Origin: a virus
Taxonomy: Duplodnaviria > Caudoviricetes
DNA length: 64,000 bases
IMG/VR virus record: IMGVR_UViG_3300048598_000287
Location: 64,001 to 128,000 of that record
Reading direction: 5' to 3' (one strand)
Part shown: one piece after another, positions 37,245 through 46,865 of the stretch
How positions within the stretch are numbered: position 1 is the stretch's first letter
Layout of the letters: each line of letters starts with the position of its first letter
Made by a program: the position numbers and the translations under genes
The notes under the pieces: generated by a model
Seen by the model: only the letters and a program-made list of their open reading frames with translations
The model's database searches: none
Told to the model about the DNA's origin: nothing

Positions 37245-38407
37245 TTTTCATCCATGTTCACTTCCATCGCTGCTTTTATAGCATCATCCATATCCAGGTA
37301 TTTATATAGCCCAAGCCGGCCTACGGGAATGATATTTTTAGGCAACGAATTCCTGATCATGTTATAAGTATTCGCACTATCCTGATTATTTATAGGATAG
37401 CATGGTTCGTCATCTTTTCCACATATACCTGAATATTCATATGAACGTACGGTGGATGGAATATCCAGGCATTCCGAATTAAAATACTTATGCTCTATCG
37501 CCCGGGTGTATGGGACATCGTTACCGGTATAATTAATTACCGCGCAGCCCTGAGTATCCGATAATATTTCTTCCCTGAACCTTACGGTACGGTAAGGAAG
37601 AGCCCGTTCATTATGGGATACGTTGTCCGAAACGATGTCATCCAATGCCCCTGAATAATAGATCAGGTCATATTTCTTGGCCATTTCAGGAAATTCTGAC
37701 ATATGGGCGCCGAATATGATTTCATGCCCTCCGAACATATTTGAAATCCATTCGGTATATCCTTCTTCCGGTATTCCCTGATATGTATCTCCGAAATAAT
37801 TATTGTCAAAGGTAAACCTAAGCGGAATACGGCGTATTATGCCAGGAGCAAGCCGGTCGCACGGCATTCCCCATTGTTTTTCCGTGTAGCCTTTGATGAG
37901 CGTTTCATATATAGTCGTTCCAACCATCTGGATGGCCGCTTCTTCAAGATTGCATGGCAAATCATTTTCTTTAGCCGGATCCTTATGGATACGATCATAT
38001 CGATATGATGCGATTTCGTCATGTATCCTGTACATAGCTTCGCTAGGTGTATTTACTCCATCAAATATACGGGAGAATGTGTTCATGTTGAATGGAAGAT
38101 TATATACTTTTCCTGAAAATATAGCGATGGGCTGATGTATATATGGTCTGAAATGTCCATATCGATTAGCAAAATCCCATATTGATTTGTCATATGTATG
38201 AAATATATGCGCGCCATATTTATGAACAGTTATCTTTCGGGAACTATCCGACGCGTCTATCCCTATTTTTTCTGTATAGCAATTTCCGCCTATCGTATTC
38301 CTGGCTTCTACAATTGTTATATCTCCAGGGAGAATTTTCTTATCTATTAACCTGGTATAAATGACTGCATTAGTAAGTCCGGCTCCGACAAGCAGTATTT
38401 TAGTCAT
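37241..38407 (-). CDS. glf: UDP-galactopyranose mutase
   Basis: VGAG Rossmann motif, GGNCY, HKYGAHIFHT, YTEKQWG, YQGIP..GYT, YTR.IEHK, GRLG.YKYLDMD. Confidence 0.95.
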   Translation of the reverse strand: MTKILLVGAGLTNAVIYTRLIDKKILPGDITIVEARNTIGGNCYTEKIGIDASDSSRKITVHKYGAHIFHTYDKSIWDFANRYGHFRPYIHQPIAIFSGKVYNLPFNMNTFSRIFDGVNTPSEAMYRIHDEIASYRYDRIHKDPAKENDLPCNLEEAAIQMVGTTIYETLIKGYTEKQWGMPCDRLAPGIIRRIPLRFTFDNNYFGDTYQGIPEEGYTEWISNMFGGHEIIFGAHMSEFPEMAKKYDLIYYSGALDDIVSDNVSHNERALPYRTVRFREEILSDTQGCAVINYTGNDVPYTRAIEHKYFNSECLDIPSTVRSYEYSGICGKDDEPCYPINNQDSANTYNMIRNSLPKNIIPVGRLGLYKYLDMDDAIKAAMEVNMDEK

Positions 38408-38741
38408 TTTTAGATCCTTTTTTAAGTTCCTGCAGTCTTTCGGCTCGGGCATGAAATTCGCCGATCCATTTCATTAGCCGTCTCACATTATTGTAATATG
38501 CCGGGACGTGCTCGACTTGCTGGAGCGCCCCAGTCTTCTTGTTAAACAGGATTGAAGAGACATATGAAAAATCAGTTTCCTTTGTATATGTAAGGTATGC
38601 TGACACGTCTCCGGTGAAATTCATTTCCGCCGTAGTTATCCCGTCTCCATCGTCTGAATGGATGGTCATATGCCGCGCGGAGCATATTTCTGAAAAAGCG
38701 TTCACGGACAATATTCCCACATATGTATGATAGTCAGTCAT
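38400..38741 (-). CDS. Hypothetical protein
   Basis: Packed in operon. Confidence 0.6.
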   Translation of the reverse strand: MTDYHTYVGILSVNAFSEICSARHMTIHSDDGDGITTAEMNFTGDVSAYLTYTKETDFSYVSSILFNKKTGALQQVEHVPAYYNNVRRLMKWIGEFHARAERLQELKKGSKND

Positions 38742-38742
38742 T

Positions 38743-39327
38743 TCAGTTTCCTTTCTGCAATTGTTCTTTCACCTGTATGCTATGAATGACTGGAGTGCCA
38801 TTATCTAGACTGCATGGAACGTCGATTATCCTCTGATTAGATGAACCGCGATACATCAGGCCTATGTCCCGCTTTGCAAGAATGAACGGTCCGTCAACTA
38901 GGATGTCTATCAATGTAAGTGCCGTATATATGTTATTCCCGTCTTGCTTGCTTAGTTTAAGCAGCTCTTCAAAAATATATCCGGTGAACACCACCGTGTT
39001 CATGTTCCGTTTCTTTGCGGCATATAGAATGGGTATTATCTCATCTGTCCAGTAGAATGGCTCGCCTCCGCTTATAGTTATCCCGTCTATGATGGGATTT
39101 TCATCCATTCCGGATATTATATCCTTTACAGTAACAATCTTCCCGCCAGACTTATCATGAGTTTCAGGATTATGACATCCCGGGCAATGTCTGGTACATC
39201 CCTGCGTGAATATTACCATCCTTATTCCAGGGCCGTCTACGAATGATTCCTTTTCCATTCCGGCCATTCGTATAGATTTTCCTTCGCAATTCACAAGGGT
39301 TTTATAATTTCCAAGGGAATCGGTCAT
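38743..39327 (-). CDS. nrdG: Anaerobic ribonucleotide reductase activase
   Basis: SFVDGPGIR, QGCTRHCPGCHNPET, SGGEP, VDGPF, RGSSNQR. Confidence 0.95.
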   Translation of the reverse strand: MTDSLGNYKTLVNCEGKSIRMAGMEKESFVDGPGIRMVIFTQGCTRHCPGCHNPETHDKSGGKIVTVKDIISGMDENPIIDGITISGGEPFYWTDEIIPILYAAKKRNMNTVVFTGYIFEELLKLSKQDGNNIYTALTLIDILVDGPFILAKRDIGLMYRGSSNQRIIDVPCSLDNGTPVIHSIQVKEQLQKGN

Positions 39328-40019
39328 TTCAGACCTTCTTTTTCGGGATCATTGGCGATGAACTCGGCGGCATATGGAAGATCCATTGCCCATTTTATGA
39401 AATGCTGCATCGATGCGTCACGCCGGCCTGACCATTCGTTAAGCTTATGATTTTTACGCTGATTGACCATTGACCGTATGTTTTCATAATTCATCGTTAC
39501 CGTACGGGTCTGGAGCCATGATTCCGGAAGAAGGCGTATAAGTTCTTTCCAATATGTAAAGTCCTTGGTATCCAGATACTTAAGTCGCAGGGCTTCCAGA
39601 TTATTTATAGTACGTGTCCATATATCATCAATGGCAGACTTGTCCACCGAATTCGTTGCATAGCAATAGTCATCCATTTCAAAACAGCCCAAAGTTATTT
39701 TCGTAGTGGACAGCTTGTGCATCTTGGATGTTGAATTAGCCACGGTGCCTACTTTATAAGTATCAAATTCAGACCAGAAATACATGGGGGCAGTAATATC
39801 CATGCTGACGAAGATCTGGCGTAGAAATTTACGGTGCTCTGTACCGCTGCGGATGAGAGTCTTTGCCAGAGCCATGTCCAATGGGCCTATTAAAAATGTG
39901 TGAGTCTCATCCCACTTACTGTCGCTTTTATCCCATGAATTCATTGGATTACGCATTCCACGCAGAGCGCCATCAAAATTATATACCGATGTATGTTCAA
40001 AATTCATATCATTCCTCAT
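39324..40019 (-). CDS. ThyX-like (FAD-dependent thymidylate synthase-related) protein
   Basis: H.KFLRQI.V..DITAP..FW.EFDTY, NSTSKMH, LLP, NYE....QRKNHKL.EW; lacks the canonical RHR motif. Confidence 0.65.
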   Translation of the reverse strand: MRNDMNFEHTSVYNFDGALRGMRNPMNSWDKSDSKWDETHTFLIGPLDMALAKTLIRSGTEHRKFLRQIFVSMDITAPMYFWSEFDTYKVGTVANSTSKMHKLSTTKITLGCFEMDDYCYATNSVDKSAIDDIWTRTINNLEALRLKYLDTKDFTYWKELIRLLPESWLQTRTVTMNYENIRSMVNQRKNHKLNEWSGRRDASMQHFIKWAMDLPYAAEFIANDPEKEGLK

Positions 40020-40521
40020 TAATTTTTCCGGACATTTTCAAAAAGTCGCGGAGTTTTCTGTTGCTTTCATTAAGATCAATGTATTGCCAGCTTTGCGGCC
40101 CATGTTTGCCAACCATATTGGAAAATTCATCCCCAGTAACCGGAATAACCCAATCTATTATCCAGGCATATAGCCGTTTACCGCGGGAATATTTTTTAAT
40201 GTCATCTTCCGGAACGCATCCATCGGCGATAAGCTCCTCCATAGAATTTCCGGGCTCCTGCGTTCCTGATGTATAATCAGTTGATGCCCTACTAAGAGAT
40301 TTAATTTCAGACGGACGTTTGCTATTATAGCAGTCAACAGTAAGGATGCGGGAGACCTTGGCTATTCCAGAAATACGTCCATCAGGCTTAGTGGAATATA
40401 GCATCACCATGTTATCCCAATCCTTACGGTTAGGCAAGGTTTTCCTCCATTCCACGGTCTTTTTTCCTGAAATGATAAGATTGGCATATTTAGCCTTTAT
40501 GCTGAGTAATACGGCAGGCAT
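40009..40521 (-). CDS. ASCH-domain protein
   Basis: LLSIK.KYA..I.SGKKTVEWRK, YST.P, PQSWQY. Confidence 0.85.
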   Translation of the reverse strand: MPAVLLSIKAKYANLIISGKKTVEWRKTLPNRKDWDNMVMLYSTKPDGRISGIAKVSRILTVDCYNSKRPSEIKSLSRASTDYTSGTQEPGNSMEELIADGCVPEDDIKKYSRGKRLYAWIIDWVIPVTGDEFSNMVGKHGPQSWQYIDLNESNRKLRDFLKMSGKINEE

Positions 40522-40613
40522 GATATCTCCTATTTGATTCAATTCAAATATATATTTTGTATATAGAATTTGCACATTCGATGGTAAAAAATATATTTTT
40601 CTGATGGATTAAT

Positions 40614-42098
40614 GTGAAATATATGGAAGATATTGTAGTTGCCATTACGTCAAAAAAAGATAGATTAAAGAAATGCGGGAATACGGTGAAATCTATCATT
40701 AATAGCTATCCCGATATGAGAGTCTCGATCACGGTTCCTGAAGAAGATGAATGCGTCATGAAAAGGCTCATGTCCGATGGATATTTCGGATCCCCATCGG
40801 ATTCCGGGAGAATCACGGTAATATATAAAAATTCCCCGCCCAGTAAATATAATAGACTAATATGGACAATGCTCGTCAATCCTGATTCACTTATAATATC
40901 GGCAAGTGACAGCATGATATATCACCCCGGATTTTTCGATGGACTTCTTGATATGTATCATTCATATCCGGAAAGCATATGCCGAATGTCCGCCTGCGAT
41001 GTAAGGGTATCATTTAATGGAAAAGATTATTCATCGGAATCAGTTTCCCCGTATGAACTGGATCATCGGCATATAATAAAACTAACATATGGCCCAGGGA
41101 CTATCTATCCTCCGGCCAATAAAACTGGGTTCAGCGAGCAATGGCAGAAATTCTTTTCCGGCAATCTTATAAGAGAAAACTGTTCTGAAGACGCCTATAA
41201 TGGGATGATCGCCGAATCGTTAGGAATAAAAATACGGACGGTTAATAAAAATACTATAGTCAATGATCCAAGAGCGGAAAAGGCAATTCGTGAAGCATAT
41301 GGAAGAATTTTTCCACGTCCGGTGATAAGTCAGGAAAATGCCGATACCATAAATGAAGACATTTCAATAATGACGGTATCTGCGGAAGGTAATGCCATCC
41401 CTGCCATGGCTGCAATATCTCCCATTCGCATTAGATTCAATGTCAATTCTGTACATAGCGGTAAAAATATAGATGATAAAAATCAATGGATGTGCGAGCT
41501 TACCGGACTGTATTATATGTGGAAAAACTGGAATGCCGGCATAGTAGGTCTTGAGCATTATCGCAGGTTCTTTACCGAGGAAGGGAAAAGTTACTCTCCC
41601 CATGAGTACACTCTTCTGGATGCATTCCGGATAAAAGAAATCCTAAACACGCATGATTTCATCGTGACATGTCATCAGCATGCATATGGAAATCCCGCTT
41701 ATTTATATATGACAGAATCAGGAAATACGCAGAAATTTTCCGTATGGCTTGATTTTCTGAACGAAACCACTCCTGGATTCAAGCAGTTCTGCATGGATTA
41801 CTTAACTAGGTCAGGAACCTTGATCTGCTGTAATATGTTCATTGCCAAAAAAACTGAAGCAGACGAGTATTGCGAATGGCTTTTTGCCAATATGGAAAAT
41901 TTCTTTAAACAATATCCATTAAATGACATGCAGGCAAGAATAATGGGATACATGGCGGAATTCACGTTCGGCGCATGGCTCATGTTCACAGGTAAACGGC
42001 TGTATATATGCAATCACATCAGATTTGACAAAGCATGCATAAATCTTGACGAAGTTGAAAGGACTACCATCCACCGGAATATAATAAGGAGTAAATGA
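40614..42098 (+). CDS. GT-A-like + DUF4422 (GT111-like) fusion
   Basis: C-half NIDDKN..MCELTGLYYMWKN..VGLEHYRR, CNMFI, R..GYMAE. Confidence 0.8.
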   Translation: MKYMEDIVVAITSKKDRLKKCGNTVKSIINSYPDMRVSITVPEEDECVMKRLMSDGYFGSPSDSGRITVIYKNSPPSKYNRLIWTMLVNPDSLIISASDSMIYHPGFFDGLLDMYHSYPESICRMSACDVRVSFNGKDYSSESVSPYELDHRHIIKLTYGPGTIYPPANKTGFSEQWQKFFSGNLIRENCSEDAYNGMIAESLGIKIRTVNKNTIVNDPRAEKAIREAYGRIFPRPVISQENADTINEDISIMTVSAEGNAIPAMAAISPIRIRFNVNSVHSGKNIDDKNQWMCELTGLYYMWKNWNAGIVGLEHYRRFFTEEGKSYSPHEYTLLDAFRIKEILNTHDFIVTCHQHAYGNPAYLYMTESGNTQKFSVWLDFLNETTPGFKQFCMDYLTRSGTLICCNMFIAKKTEADEYCEWLFANMENFFKQYPLNDMQARIMGYMAEFTFGAWLMFTGKRLYICNHIRFDKACINLDEVERTTIHRNIIRSK

Positions 42099-42099
42099 A

Positions 42100-42771
42100 A
42101 TGGTCATACTTATATGCGGGACATCACCCACATTCAGCGCATTTGAAGTAAAACGCCCGAGGCTATATTTTAATCTAAATACCGGATATCTTCCTAGCGA
42201 TTATTATTGCGAATTAGGAGGAATGTTCAAGACATGGAAACAGATAAACACCGACATCGTTGGAATTGAACATTACCGCAGATTTTTCGTAGAAGAAAAT
42301 GTTCCGGCAGCAAATGTAATACTAGGTGAGTCGTCCATACGGAACATCCTAGAAAGATGCGACGTCATAATGACGGAAACAGCACTTCCTTCTGCTAATG
42401 TAATGACATGGATGGCAAAGGAAAAACATAATCTTAAAGAAAGCCGCCCCGATGTGGTAAAAACATTGCTGTTCTCATGGCTTATGTATCTTAGAGATAA
42501 TTATTCCGTTGAGTTCGTTGATTTCATGATGAACGAAATGCTGACATCTAACAAATACATGGGATGCAACATGTACATATCCAGGAAAGCGCTGTCCGAT
42601 AAGTATTGCGAATTTTTGTTTCCCATGCTTGAAGGATTTTCCATTGATAAAATGCATGGAAACATGGAACCCAGGCTTTTCGGATATCTGTCCGAATATG
42701 TCATGGGATACTGGATGAAATGGAATGAATACTCAATTCATCCAGTACGCAGAATGACCATTAACGCCTAG
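42100..42771 (+). CDS. DUF4422 (GT111-like) glycosyltransferase
   Basis: YCELGG...WK...VGIEHYRRFF, CNMYI, YCEFLFP, R.FGYLSE. Confidence 0.8.
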   Translation: MVILICGTSPTFSAFEVKRPRLYFNLNTGYLPSDYYCELGGMFKTWKQINTDIVGIEHYRRFFVEENVPAANVILGESSIRNILERCDVIMTETALPSANVMTWMAKEKHNLKESRPDVVKTLLFSWLMYLRDNYSVEFVDFMMNEMLTSNKYMGCNMYISRKALSDKYCEFLFPMLEGFSIDKMHGNMEPRLFGYLSEYVMGYWMKWNEYSIHPVRRMTINA

Positions 42772-43628
42772 CCTACTATCCATGGAATAAGATCTTTTTT
42801 AACCGCATCATATTCCTTGTCCCATATCTTTGTGACCTCGCTAGTTAAGCTTAGGTTATCCATCTTATACTTATGCGATACCTTCGGAGAGACGGAAAAG
42901 ACGTTTTCCTTTCCTATATTCGACATGGCCTCGAATGTATTGCTTTTCCCAGTCCTGGCAACCCAGTTATCCAGGATGTATTCTCCCCATTTCAACAGAC
43001 ACCTATTTCCATCGGTATCATCATTAGGAGTATCCATGGTGGTATTGAATGAAAGTATCCTGGGTTTCCACTCAGGATTATCCCGTTTGATGCCGGCTTC
43101 CAGCACCATTATGGGATCGTTTGACCACATACCTCCATCGCAATAATACTTTCCATCCTTTTCTAGCACGTCGAAATATGTAGGCGCCGATGCCGAGGAC
43201 AATACGGCGAACCATTTTTCTTCAGTATCGCCGATACCCCATACCTTTTCCACACTGTCCCCGTTCATGCAGGTAGTGGTGATGTAAACGGGTTTCTTCC
43301 AATCGTTCAGTTTTCCCGTTAGCTTGGTTTTAAGCATCTTTTTAAGATTGCTATTGTCATAAGTAGGGCATGACGGATTGATACGCTTATACCAGGGATA
43401 TTTAGTGAAAATCTTTTTTAGATTGTCGCTATATAGATAATATATCGCGGTCGCGGACATTCCTTCAGAAAGGCAGGCCGCTATTATTGCTCCCGTTGAT
43501 GTTCCGGAATATGCAACGGACATTCCTGAAAGTGATTTTCCTAAATCTGCTTCCAGTCTTGTCATGAACCAAAGCGGGCCAATTCCCAGTGCCCCTCCGC
43601 CATTTATTGATATAGCTAGATTTCCCAT
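42768..43628 (-). CDS. Patatin-like phospholipase
   Basis: GGGALG, GTSTG, SASAPTYF, DGG. Confidence 0.9.
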   Translation of the reverse strand: MGNLAISINGGGALGIGPLWFMTRLEADLGKSLSGMSVAYSGTSTGAIIAACLSEGMSATAIYYLYSDNLKKIFTKYPWYKRINPSCPTYDNSNLKKMLKTKLTGKLNDWKKPVYITTTCMNGDSVEKVWGIGDTEEKWFAVLSSASAPTYFDVLEKDGKYYCDGGMWSNDPIMVLEAGIKRDNPEWKPRILSFNTTMDTPNDDTDGNRCLLKWGEYILDNWVARTGKSNTFEAMSNIGKENVFSVSPKVSHKYKMDNLSLTSEVTKIWDKEYDAVKKDLIPWIVG

Positions 43629-43666
43629 GTTTTTATCCTTCCTAAAATTCCCTGCAATTCATATGT

Positions 43667-43744
43667 CAGTTTATATAAGATTTGCGGAAGAAAACTCCCG
43701 GAAGTCAATATGGAAGTTTTCTTCCCAAAATATTCTATAAACTA
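43667..43744. promoter_or_regulatory. Divergent pair of extended late-promoter elements
   Basis: GTTTTCTTCC..AAAT...TATAAACT on both strands (43667-43699 minus; 43716-43744 plus). Confidence 0.65.
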
Positions 43745-43789
43745 TCACCAGCGTGGCTGGCTCACTCTCATTAATATAGAGGACCCTAT

Positions 43790-44614
43790 ATGGATATTGA
43801 ACGGAAGCTGTTTTCACCTACTCCGGAATGGATGCGGACCGTGTATGAAAAGTTCAACCGGATGTTTTTCGATAACGTCCTTCCCCATGATATAGACTTT
43901 GAGGTATCAAATACAACGAGCATGCTGGCTGACGCACGATACTGGTGCAACAGCAGACGGGCAAAAAATTGCACGATAAAAAATCATGGATTATATTTTG
44001 GATTATTCCGGATAAGAATATCAAAATATTATGACAACATGACTGAGCATGAAGCTGAAGAATTGATGGCGCACGAAATGATTCACATATATCAGTTTGC
44101 ATTCATAGACAAAAAAGAATGGAATTCACATGGAAGGCAATCCTCGCACGGATGGACGTTTACCGAATGGGTTGACAAGATTCGCCGGATAAGCGGAGGA
44201 AAGTGCATAGTCTCTCCTACATATGAACCGGTTGGATCATATCCAAAGCATACCATACGTGAACGCGAATATGAACTTGCCGAAAATAAGGCCGCCGATG
44301 AAATGGGCTTGGTGGTGTTCCCTACCGAACGGGATCCAAAAGATCCATATCATGTATGCTATAGAATATTCAAAAGCAAAGCCCTGTGTAATAAGGCCAA
44401 AAAATTTATAGAATCATCCTATAAAGATTGGAAACCTTTAGCTATATTTAAATCCGGCGAGAATCTGCATGGATATACATATTTCTTCTATGGTAAACCA
44501 AGAAAGAATGCATATAATGCAGGAAACTGGGAATCCGTAGATTATAGGGAACTTATAATGATGGATCGGTCAGGAGTAATAAAATTGAAACAGTTCCCAA
44601 AGGAGAAAAAATGA
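43790..44614 (+). CDS. SprT-like zinc metalloprotease
   Basis: YEKFNRMFF..LP, AHEMIH, HGWTF. Confidence 0.85.
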   Translation: MDIERKLFSPTPEWMRTVYEKFNRMFFDNVLPHDIDFEVSNTTSMLADARYWCNSRRAKNCTIKNHGLYFGLFRIRISKYYDNMTEHEAEELMAHEMIHIYQFAFIDKKEWNSHGRQSSHGWTFTEWVDKIRRISGGKCIVSPTYEPVGSYPKHTIREREYELAENKAADEMGLVVFPTERDPKDPYHVCYRIFKSKALCNKAKKFIESSYKDWKPLAIFKSGENLHGYTYFFYGKPRKNAYNAGNWESVDYRELIMMDRSGVIKLKQFPKEKK

Positions 44615-44865
44615 ATCGGTTTTTAGAATCTCTGGAAGATATCCAGCTCGATGGAGATGCAAAGCAAGCGGTGGGAAAAATTTACCGGGCAATACAATCC
44701 CCGGAATACGATGATCTTGACATAGAAAAGGAGGCTTCTGAGCCTCCCAGTCTAGTTGAATTCGAAACACTTGGGTCAAATACTCCGGGAGTGACCGTGT
44801 CTGATGATGGACTGAAAATAACGCAGACCCTTCCTGATGGAACCGAAGTCATAACCGTTCAGTGA
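44611..44865 (+). CDS. Small late protein with shared N-terminal motif
   Basis: AAGGAG RBS; MNRFLES...AVGKIY. Confidence 0.65.
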   Translation: MNRFLESLEDIQLDGDAKQAVGKIYRAIQSPEYDDLDIEKEASEPPSLVEFETLGSNTPGVTVSDDGLKITQTLPDGTEVITVQ

Positions 44866-44866
44866 A

Positions 44867-45727
44867 TCAGCCTATCCGATCAAGCATTCCCGTATCTCTC
44901 ATCAACGGATCGTGTTCTATTTCGTCCTGTATCATCTGCCCGGCCTCTTCAGGAATGGATATGTCATCCGGATAATCATCAACGGTTCCTACTGTAAGCA
45001 TTGATGATGGATAGCCTTCTTCCTTCCCTGGATCACCAATTATTCCATTGGAAGAAACGATCACATCCTCATCCGGCTGTTCCCCACATTCGCATTCTGA
45101 ATCAGTTTCCTGGTCATCTTCCTCAGTTATCCGGCGCTCATCATTTTCTCCCATTGCCGACGCCATTAGGCTTTCCCATTCTGCTATCAGAGGAATAAGT
45201 TCAGTTATTGGATCGCATTCTGAACATGTGCCTTCTCCGGTGGACATGTCCTTTAGATAATCGACGGGTGTTTTCCCTGTGATATCTTTTTCATTCCATA
45301 CCGTTTCTTTTTCCATATCCCCTTCATTACCTGTTTTATATTCATATACGAGAGGATGTTCAAGTATGGACTTTAGAAGCCCATAATCGATCTGTTCAGT
45401 AGTTTTCCCTACCGCGTATTCGACAAGATTCATGAGTACGGTATCCCCGTATGAATTTTTAGCCGCTAGATATATGGGATTTATTTCCAGAAGCGCGCTC
45501 ACTCCATTATCCGCCCATTCATGCAGCATGGTAGTCCATTCTCCGTTTTCAGATGGACGTTTCACCATGAACTGCGCCGGATTCTGATATAGTTCCCGCA
45601 GATTTTCCCTGGATATGGAAGGAATGTCACGGTTGAATCCGCGCTGAATGCTTTCTATCATAGGAAGCCGGTCGGGAAACCGGTCCTTCATCGCGTTTAG
45701 TTCTAAATTGAATTTTCTCTTATCCAT
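44867..45727 (-). CDS. Ankyrin-repeat-like protein with acidic tail
   Basis: TTMLHEWA, NSYGDTVLM, DITGKTPVDY. Confidence 0.5.
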   Translation of the reverse strand: MDKRKFNLELNAMKDRFPDRLPMIESIQRGFNRDIPSISRENLRELYQNPAQFMVKRPSENGEWTTMLHEWADNGVSALLEINPIYLAAKNSYGDTVLMNLVEYAVGKTTEQIDYGLLKSILEHPLVYEYKTGNEGDMEKETVWNEKDITGKTPVDYLKDMSTGEGTCSECDPITELIPLIAEWESLMASAMGENDERRITEEDDQETDSECECGEQPDEDVIVSSNGIIGDPGKEEGYPSSMLTVGTVDDYPDDISIPEEAGQMIQDEIEHDPLMRDTGMLDRIG

Positions 45728-45747
45728 GAATACCTCGGGACAATGAA

Positions 45748-46125
45748 TTACGATACAAAAAGCGACACAGCCGAAGCGTAGTCAGCCGGACTCATGCCAG
45801 TTGCCTTTGCCGCATCTTCTATATCAGCATCTCCGGTAGATATCCCGTCATCCATCGTGTCAGTCGATTCATTGATCATAGGGGAATTTTCTTTTCCATT
45901 ATCTTCATTTCCGCCGCATTCGCATTTAACGTCGCCGGGAACACCATCATCGCATTTGCAATTGGTTTTGCCACATGGTTTTCCATCACATGTGCATTCT
46001 TCTCCAGAAAAATCACATTCCTGATCTTCAAAATATATACGGTGAAGCGCCTGGACCGCTTCGAACTGCGCCTTGCTGGTACATACCGACTTCAAATAGC
46101 TCTCAAACATATCGCTTGCTTTCAT
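45748..46125 (-). CDS. Small acidic Cys-rich late protein with shared N-terminal motif
   Basis: TATAAACTA at 46153-46161; FES...AQFEAVQALHRIYFE. Confidence 0.7.
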   Translation of the reverse strand: MKASDMFESYLKSVCTSKAQFEAVQALHRIYFEDQECDFSGEECTCDGKPCGKTNCKCDDGVPGDVKCECGGNEDNGKENSPMINESTDTMDDGISTGDADIEDAAKATGMSPADYASAVSLFVS

Positions 46126-46190
46126 ATGGATACATCCACATTAGTTTTAATATAGTTTATAATTCGAACGAATTAAACATATGGATACTG

Positions 46191-46865
46191 ATGAAGATAA
46201 TGGGCATAGATCCATCCGAACATTCCAGCGGACAGGTGATAATGGATTTGGATGATAAACTGGATATCAAGGAAATTCATTTTTATGGGTATAACAGTGC
46301 AAAGATAAGATGCATTCATACAGATAACATAGAAGTCACCCATCTTCCCACGGGATGGCATAAGATGTGTGTCATCCAGCGCAGAATGATCGCTATAGAT
46401 CTGCTGTTGTCGCATGTGAAAGATGTGCAGTTCATGTCTATCGAGGATTATGCATATGGCGCGTTAAAATCAAAGAAATGCCAGACAAACAGCATACTGC
46501 AGCTTGCAGAATTTTCAGGAACGCTTAAAACAGAGTTATACCGAAGGGGTATCGGGGTAATCGCCTATCCTATAGGATCCAACAAACTGTTTGCCACCGG
46601 AAATGGATCCGCAGGAAAGCCTGGAATGTGTAATGCAATGAAAGACATGCATCCTGACCTATTTCCAAAAGAATTCGAAGGAAACTATGATTCCCCGATA
46701 AATGACATGGTTGATGCCTTCTGGCTATGCGAAGTATTGAGAAATCATATAAAATATGACCGTGAACTTCCTATGGATGATGTAACCAAAGGATTGCTGG
46801 AATATACGTCTGGCGCTGGTAAATGCCTGGTAGGCACACGCATGGACATTATTAACCATGATTAA
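46191..46865 (+). CDS. RuvC-like Holliday junction resolvase
   Basis: IMGIDPS, SIEDYAY, LAEFSG.LK, K.FATG.G.A.K, NDMVDA. Confidence 0.85.
   Translation: MKIMGIDPSEHSSGQVIMDLDDKLDIKEIHFYGYNSAKIRCIHTDNIEVTHLPTGWHKMCVIQRRMIAIDLLLSHVKDVQFMSIEDYAYGALKSKKCQTNSILQLAEFSGTLKTELYRRGIGVIAYPIGSNKLFATGNGSAGKPGMCNAMKDMHPDLFPKEFEGNYDSPINDMVDAFWLCEVLRNHIKYDRELPMDDVTKGLLEYTSGAGKCLVGTRMDIINHD

Noticed and set aside
42768-43628. CBASS system (CapV-like patatin effector)
   Set aside because: No CD-NTase or other CBASS genes nearby.
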